The notes below the pieces were generated by a model, which was not told the DNA's origin, ran no database searches, and was given only the letters and a program-made list of their open reading frames with translations. A program made the translations under genes and the position numbers. From Chiloscyllium plagiosum (lineage: Eukaryota), in the NCBI RefSeq assembly GCF_004010195.1, contig NC_057755.1, positions 9,950,891-10,013,624 of the forward strand: a stretch of 62,734 bases of DNA. Direction: 5' to 3'. Positions 38,320 to 50,544 of this stretch are shown piece after piece; position 1 is the first letter of the stretch, and each line of letters starts with the position of its first letter.

Positions 38320-39295
38320 GGCAAATCATACATCACAGTAATAGAAAAAGAATGCAGAACATAGTGCTACAGCTGCTGAAAATTTGCAGAGAAAGCTCAT
38401 TGCTAATATCTGAGAGGGTAGTTATTGAGTCTGAAAGCAGCAGGGATGAAACTGTAATTGACATATTGTGAAGCTTTTTTATCTTCTCAATAATGGAACA
38501 GGGTGGAAAAATATATAATCGTGTGGAAGGGGTCTATGATTATGTTGGCTTCTCGCCCGAGGCAGTATGAAGCATAGAGGGAGTCAATGAATAGAAGGCT
38601 GGTTTGTGTGATTGACCGGGCTGTGTTCACACTTATCTAAAATTTCTTGCACTAATCTGTAATATAACGGAATAAGATGTTTTCTACGATACATCCTTAA
38701 TAATTGATAATAGCCATTGTAATCACACTGATTTTCCTAAACCTTATGACAAATTCGAGGCATTGGTGCTGTTTATTGAACGCAGTGTTATCATGGATGG
38801 AGCAGGACAGATTATTGGTGATATCTTCACCCCGGAGGAGAAAGTGAGGTCTGCAGATGCTGGAGATCAAAGTTGAAACTTTATTGCTGGAACAGCACAG
38901 CAGGTCAGGCAGCATCCAGGGAACAGGAGATTCGACGTTTCGGGCACAGGCCCTTCTTCAGGAAGAAGGGCCTGTGCCCGAAACGTCGAATCTCCTGTTC
39001 CCTGGATGCTGCCTGACCTGCTGTGCTGTTCCAGCAATAAAGTTTCAACAACGATATCTTCACCCCGGAAATTCAAGCTCCCAACTATCTCTACTTCTGC
39101 ATTCATGCAGACAGGATATGTCCTCCACTCTGGTTGCTCAAGTGGATGACCAGCTTCTTTGTTTTTTTTCTGATATTGAGGAAGTAATTGTTGTTTTTAC
39201 GCCATGTTGCTAAGCTCTCTCTGTCTCTCCATTAAACTCAGCTTCATCTGTGTTTAAGATCCAATCTACCACAGTGATGTCAGCAACACATTGTA
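38320..39295 (-). mobile_element. Old LINE RT 3' remnant (Rex1/L2-like) hosting the palindrome
   Basis: Degenerate minus-strand RT C-terminal coding pattern. Family assignment uncertain. Confidence 0.45.
38837..39052. repeat. Penelope pLTR-derived palindromic insertion with 88-bp inverted arms and a 17-bp target-site duplication
   Basis: Arms 38872-38959 and 38962-39049 with a 2-nt spacer. TSD gatatcttcaccccgga at 38820-38836 and 39053-39069. Confidence 0.92.
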
Positions 39296-41519
39296 AATGG
39301 CTTTAGAGCAGAATGAGTGTAAAGTTGGACAGGTGAGAGGCTCAGTGGGTGAGAACTTACGCATTTGGAATTGTCCAACATGTTTGAGTTTCATTCGACT
39401 TATTTGTATGGGAGGGCGGCATGCGTTGCAGATGTTGACCTTGTGGCATCACAGAACAGAAACCCTAGAGGGATTGAGGATGAAGAAAAAAATATTGGCA
39501 GTGAAGAATAGTCTGTCTAATGTCCTGATCGTGTTCAATGCAGCAAACAGTGTGTTTTCAGTCAGCAGCTGTGTGTTTGTGGTCTGTGTCCAGGGACTTG
39601 ATGCAGTCTCTGATTTCTAGAAGACAATGCAATGACAAAGGCGAGTACCCGATGGACGCTATCCAAGTCCATCCCAGCAAACTTAGGTATACCGAAGGAA
39701 GAGGTCCTGCTGAAGCAGATATGAGAAGCTCAATGCTAAGTTAGAAAACAGTACTTATGAAGGGAGGCATATCGGAATTGTTAGTTGAATTCAACAACAT
39801 TTCGCAGAAGATGGATAAGAGAAGTGATTTCTTGGATCACATCTGGTTTTAGGAGAAGTGTGTTGTGGTTCAAGAATCAGTGGCACACGTTCGCAGAAAA
39901 TAGAATCTGAGCCATTGGGATAATGTACACCTCCACAATAATGGGGCTGTTGCTTTCACAAGTCAGCTAAGGAGTGAAACAGAGAGAGTTTTTTTATTTG
40001 AAACTTCAGCACGAGAGATACATTCCACTCTTGTTTCCAGAGATAAGGATTTGGAATCGGTCTGGGTGCAGATAAGGTACAGTAAGTGAAATAAATAGCG
40101 AATGAGAGTGATGAACTATACAGTGAGTACAATATATGCAAATCTATAGGAGAATAAACGTTGGAAACTGTGATGTAGTAATAACTATGAGTTTTTATTC
40201 TACACTTAATATAAGAAAAGAAATCCGCTTGGTTGCCTCCATGCGAAATGATTTGGAGTTAGTATCTGTGAGCAACGTATTTCATGTATTTTACAGAGCA
40301 GTCTATAGAAGATATTTATTGTATAATACGACAGGATCAGTCAATGAACTGAGAGTAAAGGGGCCTCTCAGTAGAACTAGTCAGAATAGATGGAATTTTA
40401 CAGCAGGTTTGAAAGAGTGATGAATCGAAGAGCAATATTTTTAATACAAAAAAGAACAAATACGTGGGTACGAAAACTAAACTAGCAGAAATAAACACGG
40501 ATCTGAGACCAGGCGATAGATTCGCAGAGAATCACTGGTGGGTACTGATTCAAAAGGTCGATACATCATTGTCTTTTATTCATTTTTGCAATGTAGGTGC
40601 TGCTGGCTGAGCCAGAATTTACTGACTGCTCCTAATTGCCCTTGAGACGGTGGTGGTCAGCTACTTATCTGAAACTGGACAGTCTTATCCGGTGTAGACA
40701 GACGATGGTGCTTTTAGTAAGGCTGTTCTGGGAAATTGTCTCAGTGAGACTGACGGAGCAGTAGATTTCCTAGTCAGAATGGTAAGTGATGTGAAGGAGA
40801 AGTTAGAAGATGGTGGTGATCTCACATGTTCACTTCCAATTTCAAGATAGAAATAATTATAATTTTGCAGGAATGCTTTCTATGTATCTTTTGGTGAATT
40901 TCTACAACACATCTGAGGGATGAACCACACTGCTTCTACCACGTGTCAGTCGTGGAGCGAGTGGATCTTTGCGGATGTGGTGCCAATCAAGTGGACTGTT
41001 TTGCCCTGGTAGCGTAAAGCTTTTTTGGTGTTGTTGGAGCTGCACCCATTCAGGCAAATGAGGAGTATTCCATTACACTCCTGAATTTTTCTTTGCAGAT
41101 AGTGGGCAGGCATTGAGGAGTCAGGACGTGAGTTAGTCGGTGCAGGATTAGTAGCCTCTGATGCATACTTGTATCTGACGTAGTTCTTTGGTAGTTCAGT
41201 TGAGTTTATGGCTAATAGTTATTATACAGAGTATGTGATAATCTTGGAGCGAAATCAATGCAGATGTCGATATGAATGCAAACGGAAGAAGAGCACAAAC
41301 ATTTCTCACGTCTGATGGCCCAGAACAGCAAACAGCATGACCAAAAACGTGTTCTATGCTGCAGGAATTGACTTTCCCTTTTTCAATGTTCATGCGTGCA
41401 TATGAGTGCGCGTTTGGATGTCTATGTGTCTACATGGATGTTAGTGTGTCTATGTGTATATGACAATGTGCTTTTGAGTGTCTGTGCGTATGAGCATGAG
41501 TGTGCATTCATATATGTGA

Positions 41520-41526
<7 letters not shown>

Positions 41527-41570
<44 letters not shown>
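41527..41570. repeat. (TG)n microsatellite
   Basis: Direct reading. Confidence 0.97.
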
Positions 41571-41571
<1 letters not shown>

Positions 41572-42109
41572 ACAGAGACATAGACAGGGAGAGTGTGTGT
41601 TTTGGGGTTAAGCGTTAGATGTTGGTTGTTGAATATTGCTTCCCAGGAACATAATACCAAATGGAATCTAAAATGATCAAGTGCTGGTTGTAATTCAAGG
41701 CACTACCTGTCATTATATGTACTGTCGTCAGCCATATTTGCGAAAAATTGAAAATAAAATGGAGTTATGGTCTGCTCAATCCTCGCTCACTTAACAATTG
41801 ATGTAATATTATAACATTGTCCCAAACGTCGCATATTTCTGTGGGATCTGGTGAATCTGACTGAGGTTTTGTGGACAATGTGCCTATGAGATTTTCCGTA
41901 TATCTTACTGAAAAGGTAACAGGCTGTGACAGAAATATATCTCTTACAATCTCTGAAAAAAGGGACCCAATGTTATAGACCTTCTCAAAAGAGAAAACTT
42001 TCTTCACGTATTCACCATACCCAAACTACTTACAATTTCTCAATTAAGTTCACTCTTAATCCTCTAAACAGTGCGAGCACAACCTGTCCACACTTTCCTT
42101 ATACAATCA

Positions 42110-42412
42110 CCATTCCTATAGGAAATGGGCCGATAGCACAAACAAATCTACGCCGACCACGCGAAGAATAACTGACCCAGACCCATTTTTCTACTCGACA
42201 TATGCGCCTGACTAAGACACCTAACCTTCACATCCCTGAACTCTATGGGCAATCTCACATGACCAGTTCATCTAACTTGCACATCGTTGGATTCCGGGAG
42301 GAAGCCGAAGCACCCAGAAGAAATCCACGCGACAAGGGAGAATGTGCAAACTCCACACAGTCAACCCAGATCTCTGGCGCTGTGAGGCAGCAAAACAAAC
42401 CCCATGCCACCA
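42110..42412 (-). mobile_element. V-SINE (HE1-like), degenerate
   Basis: Degenerate match including ggagaatgtgcaaactccacacag and ggcgctgtgaggcagc. Confidence 0.75.
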
Positions 42413-42723
42413 TTGATTTCCATCTTCCCTTGAAGATGGAGATCAATGCTCTCCTTACTATTCTAGATGTCTAAATTAAGCATTGAATACGTGATGCATT
42501 ACGCCACTGCTTGTGTATTTAAACCCATTGAAACAAATGGTAGCAATTTATTAGTTTTACTCATTACATGCTGTTCATGTATTCTCACCAATTCTGATAC
42601 ATGATCGAGGACACCAAGATCACTTTGCTTCACACAGACCTGAAATCTCTGTAGACTTAAACGATATGCTTCCTTTTGACAATCTTTCAGTCGAAATAAA
42701 CAATTTAACATTTTCTCACATGA

Positions 42724-43662
42724 CAGAAGACCCTCGATTATCCGAATACCAATTGCCCAAATATCGGATTATCCGAAGGGGATCTCAAGGTCCTGATAGA
42801 AACATTATGTCATAGAGGTTTCAATCCTGATATCGTTTTTTGTTTACAGGTACAATGATTAAAAACGAACTCGGCTCACTGAAATGATGCCGAGCACAGT
42901 CCTGGACAGTCCAGGCAATGTTTATAAATGATTAACCTCTCGCCCTCCCCCTCTCTCCCCAACACTATCACTGGGGTTCTACAAGGGGTGAATGCTAAAC
43001 TCGCCTTCTCCAGATAATCTCTCCAACGTTGTTCTGTACAGGGCAAAGATAGAACCTGTCAAAAAAGTTGTGTGTGTGCAAGCTATTTGGAGACTTGCAC
43101 CACAAAGACAGCAACAGTCTTACTGTTGGTGTGCAGTCCAGCTCCCCTGGGGGGCAGGGGCGCATACGGGGATCGGACGGTGGGTGGGGATGGATGGGAA
43201 TGCGGGGTTGGTGTTGCAGGTTTGGGGCGGGCGAGGGGCAGACAGGGTGCTATTGGACGGGGTCGGGAGCGGGCGGAGGGCGAGATGGGAGTGGATAGTG
43301 TTTTGACAGGTGGGGACCGACAGTCTTGGGAGCGGGTGGGGGTGGACGGTCATGGGTGAGAATGTGTTGGGACCGGATGGTTTTGGGGTGCGCGGGTGGG
43401 CGGATAGTGTTGGGATTGGGAAGGGTGGGAGCAGATGGTGCTCAGGTGGGCGGGGAGTGGAATGGGAGCAGATGAGGGTGGTGTTGGACGTAGTTGGGGT
43501 TGTGCGAGGAGTGGGGTCATGCACGCAGTGTGGTTTTGCCTAGTCTCTTGAACAGACTTCACAGAAAACCCCGAGCCCCAGAGGAAATCAATTAACTGAC
43601 TAATCAATTATCCGAATGAAATAGTGCTAGCCCATCTCGTCTGGATAATCGAGGTTCCTCTG
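42724..43662. mobile_element. Non-autonomous Tigger/pogo-like DNA transposon with G-rich interior
   Basis: Terminal inverted repeats cagaagaccctcgattatcc and ggataatcgaggttcctctg, subterminal ttatccgaa repeats. The expected TA TSD is degenerate (ga/ca). Confidence 0.7.
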
Positions 43663-44494
43663 CATACCTCATCTGTCAATTCTTTGCTCTCACACTTACC
43701 GAATCTGCATTTACTTTCAGCCTCTTCATGTTCTTCCCACACCTTACCTGCCTATCTCTTCCAGATCATCTCGTTTATTATACAAGTATTTTGGTCCCAA
43801 TGATTCATATCAATTGTAAACAGCTGAGAAGCAGAAAATGATTATTTGCGTCTGTTCTCTGCTTCCAATCAGCTGGCTAACTTTCTATCCAAACTCAATT
43901 TGTTACCTCCTCCAATTAAGGCTCGCTTTTCCTCAGTAATAGCCTTTAATATGCACCGTACGATATGGTTTCTGGAAAGCTCAGGGCAAAGTGTACACTA
44001 CTGCTGCTCTAAGTACAGAATATAATATCCTTAAACTTTAAAAAGACGTGAATATAAGGAGTCTGGAGGTATGTGGGCCAGCAGCAGGCAGGTGAGATTA
44101 GTTTAATTTGGGGTTATGCTCAGGATAGAATGTTTGGGCCGAACCGTCTCTTTCATGCTGTTTGTGCCTTTGACCTTCCACAGAACCATGTTATACCAAT
44201 AGTTTGAAATAATTTCGTTTAATTTATACAAAAAGTTAGGAAGTCTGTTTCGCAACAAATTAAGTGACCACATAAACATATTGATGTATTTTAATTCGGG
44301 ATAATTTCAAAAGGTAAAAATAGTCAAGCATAATCCGACAAATTACTTTTCAGAAAAGCTGGATGTATCATTTTTAAATTCCGGTTTGTTTTCAGTTATA
44401 GAAATATCATGGAAATATCTTTCTTCGTTTAGCTGGGCAGCAAGTCCTTTGTATATGCATATGTCGTTTACAGTTCCGAACAGTGAGGGTTCAT

Positions 44495-44496
<2 letters not shown>

Positions 44497-44555
<59 letters not shown>

Positions 44556-44562
44556 NNNNNNN

Positions 44563-44598
<36 letters not shown>
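44497..44598. repeat. (TG)n microsatellite containing a 7-N gap
   Basis: Direct reading. Confidence 0.97.
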
Positions 44599-44600
<2 letters not shown>

Positions 44601-45109
44601 CGTAAATGTCTAACATTTTTCACAGTCACCAACAGAGAGGGATAAGGATGTGATTGCCAGTGTCCATGACTGATATTTACAGAGTCCAGTAGAGGTCGCT
44701 TGCTGTTGGTGGTGGTGTGTGTGCAGTCATTGACTCTACCTTGAAGTAAACATTTTAAATACAGCTTGCTTTAAGCAGCTAATTCTTAGCAATGACAGAT
44801 GAACTGTTGACGAAGATATGAACCAGCCTTTTAATAGCCCTTGATGCTAGAAATGTATGTCTAATAATCTTATGTTCAATCCTATCAAGCATTTCTGTTC
44901 GTTTTTGTGATAAACTTCCGTTCATTTCTCCAAATGTTTTATGATAAATTGTAAGTACACTCATTCAGTTGTATTACAGACTTATCAACATTTGAATAAA
45001 TCTCATTGATTTTGCTGGCCACACTGCTGCATTTTATGTAATATTAACCTTTGCAAATCTCTTGTATTCAATTGAACAAAATTCTTGTGTTGTGGCTGCC
45101 CTGGTTTTG

Positions 45110-48100
45110 AAACATTGGCTTTGTATCTCTGTGTATTTCAGAGGGGCTTAGAGAGGAGCTACAGAAAGGTCGTCACACCTAAGTTACAAGATAAAGGTAG
45201 CTGGGTGACCGTCAGGAAAGGAATGAGAATAGGCAGACAAGACAGTGACCCCCCACCCCCCCTCACCCCCCCACCCCCCCGTGGACTTTCCCCTCAATAA
45301 TAAGCATACCATTTTGGTTACTGTTTGGAGGGGATGACCTAGCAGGGTTAAGCCACTGCGGCCAGGTCTCTGGCACGGATTCTGGCTCCGTGGCTCACAA
45401 AGGAAGGGAAGAGAACAGGACAGCAATAGTGAGAGAAATTTAGTCATGAGCAGAAGAGACAGGACGTTCTGTGTTCGCTTGCAAGAATTCCAAGCGATAT
45501 GTTGATTCTGGATGCCAGGGTTTGGGATGATTTGGATCGAGTCTACAAGATTCTTAAGATGGAGGAAGAGCAACCAGACGTTGTGGTTCGCATCGGTATC
45601 AATGAAAAGGAGTGTGGACCAGAAAAATAATTATAGAGAGTTAGGTTGGAAGCTAAAAGATAGGATGAGCAGAGGTATAATCCCAAGATTGCTACTGGTG
45701 CCACAGGCTCGTAATGCTAGGAACAGAGAGAAAATTCCGATGACCAATGGCTACTGGGCTGCTGAAGGAGGAGGGTTACAGATTTGTGGATCATTGGGGA
45801 AGGTGGGAACAATACAAGAAGGATTGGCTCCACCTGAACACTAGGGGCACTAATGTCATGAGTGGGAGTTTTGCGAGAGTTTTCCGGGAGAGTTTAAGCT
45901 CGGTTAGCACTGGGGTGGGAACCGGGACTGTGGATCAGATGACAGAAGAGGTCTTGAACAGCCAGGTACAGCTTGCAGAATGTCAATGTGGAGGATTAGG
46001 CACTGGATAGTGCAAACGTGCAGTCAGTGTGATGAGTTGAAGTGTGTCTATTTTAATGCAAGATGTAACAAGAAAGTGATTAATGAACTCAGGGCATGGA
46101 TCAGTGCTTGGAATTATAACTTTTTGGCCATTACAGAGACTTGGATATCACAGGAACATGAATAATCGTTGGATGTTCCAGGGTTTAGATGTTTCAAAAA
46201 GAATAGTGGGGGAGTTAAAAGAAGTGGAGGAGTGGCATTGCTAATCACAGCTATCATAGCTGTAGAAAGGGAGGTCGTCGAGGAGGATTTCTCTGCAGAG
46301 TCAGTGTGGTTGGAAGTCGAAAGCGTCACTTTGATGGAGTTTACTACAGACCCCTCAATAGCAACAGAGACTCGGACTAGCAGATTGGGTGGCAGAAATG
46401 GAAAGATGTAACGTGTCAGGGTTGGTGTCATGGGCGACTTCAACTTCCTTAATATTGATTGGACTGTCTTTGCTTCAAATATTTTGGATGGAACTTTGTT
46501 CCTGAATCATATGTAGATAGACTACATGGAGTGGAGGCCATATTGAATTTGGTGCTTGTCAACGAAGCATGTCAGGGGTCAGCATGCTTGGTGGGAGACC
46601 ATTTTGCTGATAGTGATCACAACTCCCTGACCTTTACTGTATTCATTCAGAGGGATAGGAACAGACAGTATGGAAGTTTATTCACTTGGGTACTCACGAA
46701 TTGTAATGCTAATAGGCAGGAACTGGGTCGCCTAAATTGGATACAGATGCTCTCGGGAAAATGCATGAAGGAAATGAGGTTGTTCAGAATGCAATTGCTG
46801 ATAATGCTGGACAGGTTTGTCCAACTGAGGCAAGGAGATTGAAAGGGCCTCGGGTGAGAAGGGATGTGGAACATCTAGTCAAGAGAAAGAGGAAGCTTAG
46901 TTAAGGTTAAGGAGGAAAGGATCAGATAGGGCTTTAAGGACTTACAGCGTAGGCAAGAGGAACTGAACAATGAACTTACGAGAGCTAGTTGGGGGCATGG
47001 AAAAAGTTTCATGTGTAGGGTTAAGGAAAACCCGAAGGCAATCTACACTTACGTGAGAAAGAAGAGCATGCCCAGTACGACAGTACGCCTGATCAGGGTT
47101 AGTGGAGCGATGTTATGCCTGGAGACAGAGGAGGTAGTGGATGTCTTTAACGAATAATTCGCTTCAGGGATATTGACGTTTCTGTGGACAGCGTGAAACA
47201 AATTGATGTGCTTGAACATGTAAATGTTAGGAAGGAGAATGTGCTGAAAACGTTGCCAAACATAAGTATAAATATATTACCTGGGCCAGATGGGATATAT
47301 CCTAGTGTGATACAGGAAAAGAAGGAAGAGATTACTACACTTTTGGCGATGACCTTTGCATCTTCACTATCTGCTGGAGTAGTCCCAGATGACTGTCGGT
47401 TGGCGAAATTTTTCCCCTTGTTCAAGAAAGGGAATTGGGAAAGTCCTGAGAATTACAGACCGGTCATTCTTACAGACGACTGCAGGTTGGTCTTTTTTCC
47501 CCTTGTTCAAGAAAGGGAATTGGGAAAACTCTGAGAATTGCAGAACAGTCAGTCTTACATATGTATTGGAGGGTATTGTGAGAAACAGGATTTATGATTA
47601 CTTAGAAAATCGTACTTTGATTAGATATAGTCAGCATGGTTTGGTCAGGAGCTGGTCATGTCTCACATCCCTTATTGAATTCTATGTGGATATCTCAAAA
47701 CACATTTACGAAGGTAGAGCAGTGGATGTGGTGAACATGGAATTAAACAAGGAGTTAGATCAGGTTCCCCATGTTAGGTTCATTTAGAATGCAAGTAGGC
47801 ATGGGATAAAGGGAAAGCTGTCTGTCTGGATTCGGAATTGGCTGGCCCATAGAAGACAGAGCGTGAATGTAGATGGAAAGCATTCAGCTTGAAGCTTGGT
47901 GATCAGTGGTGTTCCACAAGATTGGTTCTTGGATCTCTGTTCTTCGTGATTTTTATCAGTAACTTGAATGAGGAAATGGAAGGGTGGGTTAGTAAATCAA
48001 CTGATGGCACAGAAGTTGCTAAAGTTGTTCATAGCGTTGTAGTTTGCAAGGGTAAACTGACAGGATGCAGAGCTGGGATGATGAGTGGTAGATTGATTTC

Positions 48101-48838
48101 AAACCGGAAAAATGTGAAGTGATTTCTTGGTAGTGTGGGGGGAAGAGAGGGATCTTAGGATCTATGTCCCTCGACGTTGCCACCCAAGTTGATATATTTG
48201 TTAAGTGGGGTATGGCGTATTAGTTTTTTTTAAGCAGCGGGTTGTGTTTAAGAGCCATGAAGTTATGCTACAACCCCATAATGAGCTGGTTAGTCCGCAC
48301 TTTGAATATTGTATTCAGTTCTGGTCGCCTCATTATAGGAAAGATGTGGAAGCTTTAGAGACAGTACAGGGGAGATTTACACTCACGCTTCCTGGACTGG
48401 AGGGCATGACTTATGAAGAAAGTTTTAAGGATCTCATACTTTTCTTATTGGAGTGAAGAAGGATGAGAGGCGACTTGCTAGAGGTGTAAAATATGTTAAG
48501 AAGCATACTTGGTGTGGATGACCACAGACGTCTTCCCATGGCAGAAATGTTTATCACGAGGTGGCATAATTTTAAGGTAATTGGAGGAAGGTTTAGGGGA
48601 GATATCAGACGTCGTTTTCTGACACAGAGTTGTGAGTGCGTGCAGTTCACTGAAAGCAGTAGTAGTAGGTTCAGATACATTCGGGACGTAAAAGCGATAT
48701 TAGATAGGACGTGGAAGATATGACAATGAAAGTTCTATTGTCTAATTTAATCGTGAAATGGGACAAAAGGTCAGAGCAACATCAAAGGCCTAATGACCAG
48801 TAACGTGCTTTATGTTCTATGTCATATGTTCCATGTTC
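45110..48838 (+). mobile_element. Near full-length decayed CR1 LINE (ORF1 esterase-like remnant plus ORF2)
   Basis: ORF1-like VVRIGINE and LHLNTRGTNV; ORF2 LKCVYFNAR, AITETW, GGVALLI, HFEYCIQFWSPHYRKD; tatgttc-type tail. Confidence 0.9.
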
Positions 48839-48954
48839 ATTGGGGCTGGGGGATGGACAGCAACAGACTGGGACGATATTGGGCTAAACCACTTGATCTG
48901 CTGCTTTCCCCAAAAAACCTCTTTCATCCCACAAACATGATAAGAGAGTTTGCA

Positions 48955-50544
48955 GAAGACGTGTAGCTCGGCTTGAGGTTCAGGATGCATGTTTGATTAT
49001 TGAGCTGGAAGGTTCGTTTTCAGACGTTTCGTCACCAGACTAGGCAACATCTTCAGTGAGCCTCCAAATACTCGCAGTATAACCCACTTTGTATTTATGT
49101 ATTTGAGATTCCTTGGGTTGATGATGACGTCATTTCATTTGGTGATGTCAATTCTTGTTCTTTTTCTCAGGTGATGGAGACATGATCCAAGTTAATGTGT
49201 TTGTTTATAGAGTCCTGGTTGCAATTCGCGTGCGAATTTCTGCTTGGCTTGCCCGGGAATGGCGTCCAGGCGAAGTGATGTCTTTCCTCATCTGCATGTA
49301 AGGATACTAGTGAGAGTGGGTCATGCATTGTTTTGGCCAGTTAATGTTTAAGTATCTTGACGGCTAGTTCTCTGCCTGTTTGTCGAATGTAGTGTTTGTT
49401 ACAGTTCTTGTAAGGTATTTTGTAAATGTTTTGCTTGTTCATATCGGATTTTTCAAGTTCATTAGATGCTGCCTTAGTGTGTTGATGCGTTTGTGGGATA
49501 CCACGATGCCAAGGGGTCCGAGTAGACTGCCAGTCATTTCCGAGATGTCTTTGATGTAGGGGAGAGTGGCTAGTGTTTCTGGACGTTTTGTGTCTGCATG
49601 TTTGGGTTTGTTGTTGAGAAATCCACGGACTGTGTTCATTGTGTACCTGTTCTCTTCGAATACACTGTATAGGTGATTATCCTCTGCTCTTCGTCGTTTC
49701 ACTGTGATGCACTCTGTGGTGGCTCGTTGGAATAATGTTATGATGCTCCTCGTATGTGGATGTTGGGATGATTGCTTCTGTAGTTCAACATTTGGTCCGT
49801 TTGTGTTATTTTCCTGTAGATACTGGTTTGAAGTTCCCCATTGGCTGTTCGCTCTACTGCGACATCTACGAATGGCAATTTGTTGTTGTTTTCCTTCTTT
49901 TTAGTGAATTTTATGCCAGTAAGCGTATTATTGATGGTTTTTTGAAGATTTTCTCGAATTTGTTTCTTTTAGTAATGACACCGATGTCATCCTCATAGCG
50001 GACTCAAAGTTTCGGTGGAATGGTTTGCAGAGCTGTTTGTTCGAGTCTCTGCATTACTGTCTCTGCTAAGAACCCTGATATCAGAGATCCTATGGACGAT
50101 CCATTGGTTTGTCTGCAGGTTTTATTGTTAAGGATAAAGTGGGTGGTAAGTCATAAGTCGACTAAATTGGTGATATTGTCCTTGCCGATGAAGTTAGTGG
50201 TGTTTGGTGTACCTGACTTTGGTTCTTCTAATAATGTAGTCAGTGTTTCCTTGGCCAGGTTGATATTGATGGATTTGAACAGGGCTGTTACGTCAAAGGA
50301 GAACATTAATTCATCCTCTTCTATCTTTGTGTCTTTGATCGTCTTCTGGAATTATTGGGTGGAGTGGATGGAGTGGCGTGAGATTCCACGAAATGTTTTA
50401 GTCTTTGGTGTAGCTCCTTGGCCAATCTGTAAGTTAGTGTTCCAGGTAGCGAGACTGAGGGGTCTCCTGTGAATTTTCGATAAAGTGTAGAAGCGTGGTA
50501 TGTTGGATTCGTCTAGTTTTATTTTTTGGAACTTACCAACAAAT
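48955..50544 (-). mobile_element. Penelope-like retroelement (RT plus GIY-YIG endonuclease plus pLTR), decayed
   Basis: PRFYTLSKIH, SFDVTAL, LATLPYIKDISEMT and YKIP.KNCNKHYI.QTGR (GIY-YIG-type) motifs. pLTR at ~48960-49170. Confidence 0.88.
49018..49060 (-). ncRNA. Minimal type I hammerhead ribozyme motif in a Penelope pLTR
   Basis: Minus strand reads UCA-CUGAAGA-U-GUUGCC-UAGUCU-GGUGAC-GAAA-C-GUC-UGA. Both core boxes are intact, with a 6-bp stem II, a GUC triplet and a 3-bp stem I. Confidence 0.7.

Larger units (their letters stand above)
14993..42715 (-). pseudogene. Duplicated receptor unit lacking both coding exons
   Basis: Collinear blocks: 14993-17731 ~ 1-2495; 21200-24577 ~ 5350-7510; 26693-27915 ~ 9455-11025; 30600-30710 ~ 11025-11130; 39300-42715 ~ 11130-14860. 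No sequence matching either exon was found. Confidence 0.75.

Noticed and set aside
38857..39213. Near-identical ORFs on both strands
   Set aside because: A consequence of the DNA palindrome, not a gene.
42992..43607. Cluster of overlapping Gly/Pro-rich ORFs
   Set aside because: Low-complexity G-rich interior of a DNA transposon, which lacks stop codons by composition.
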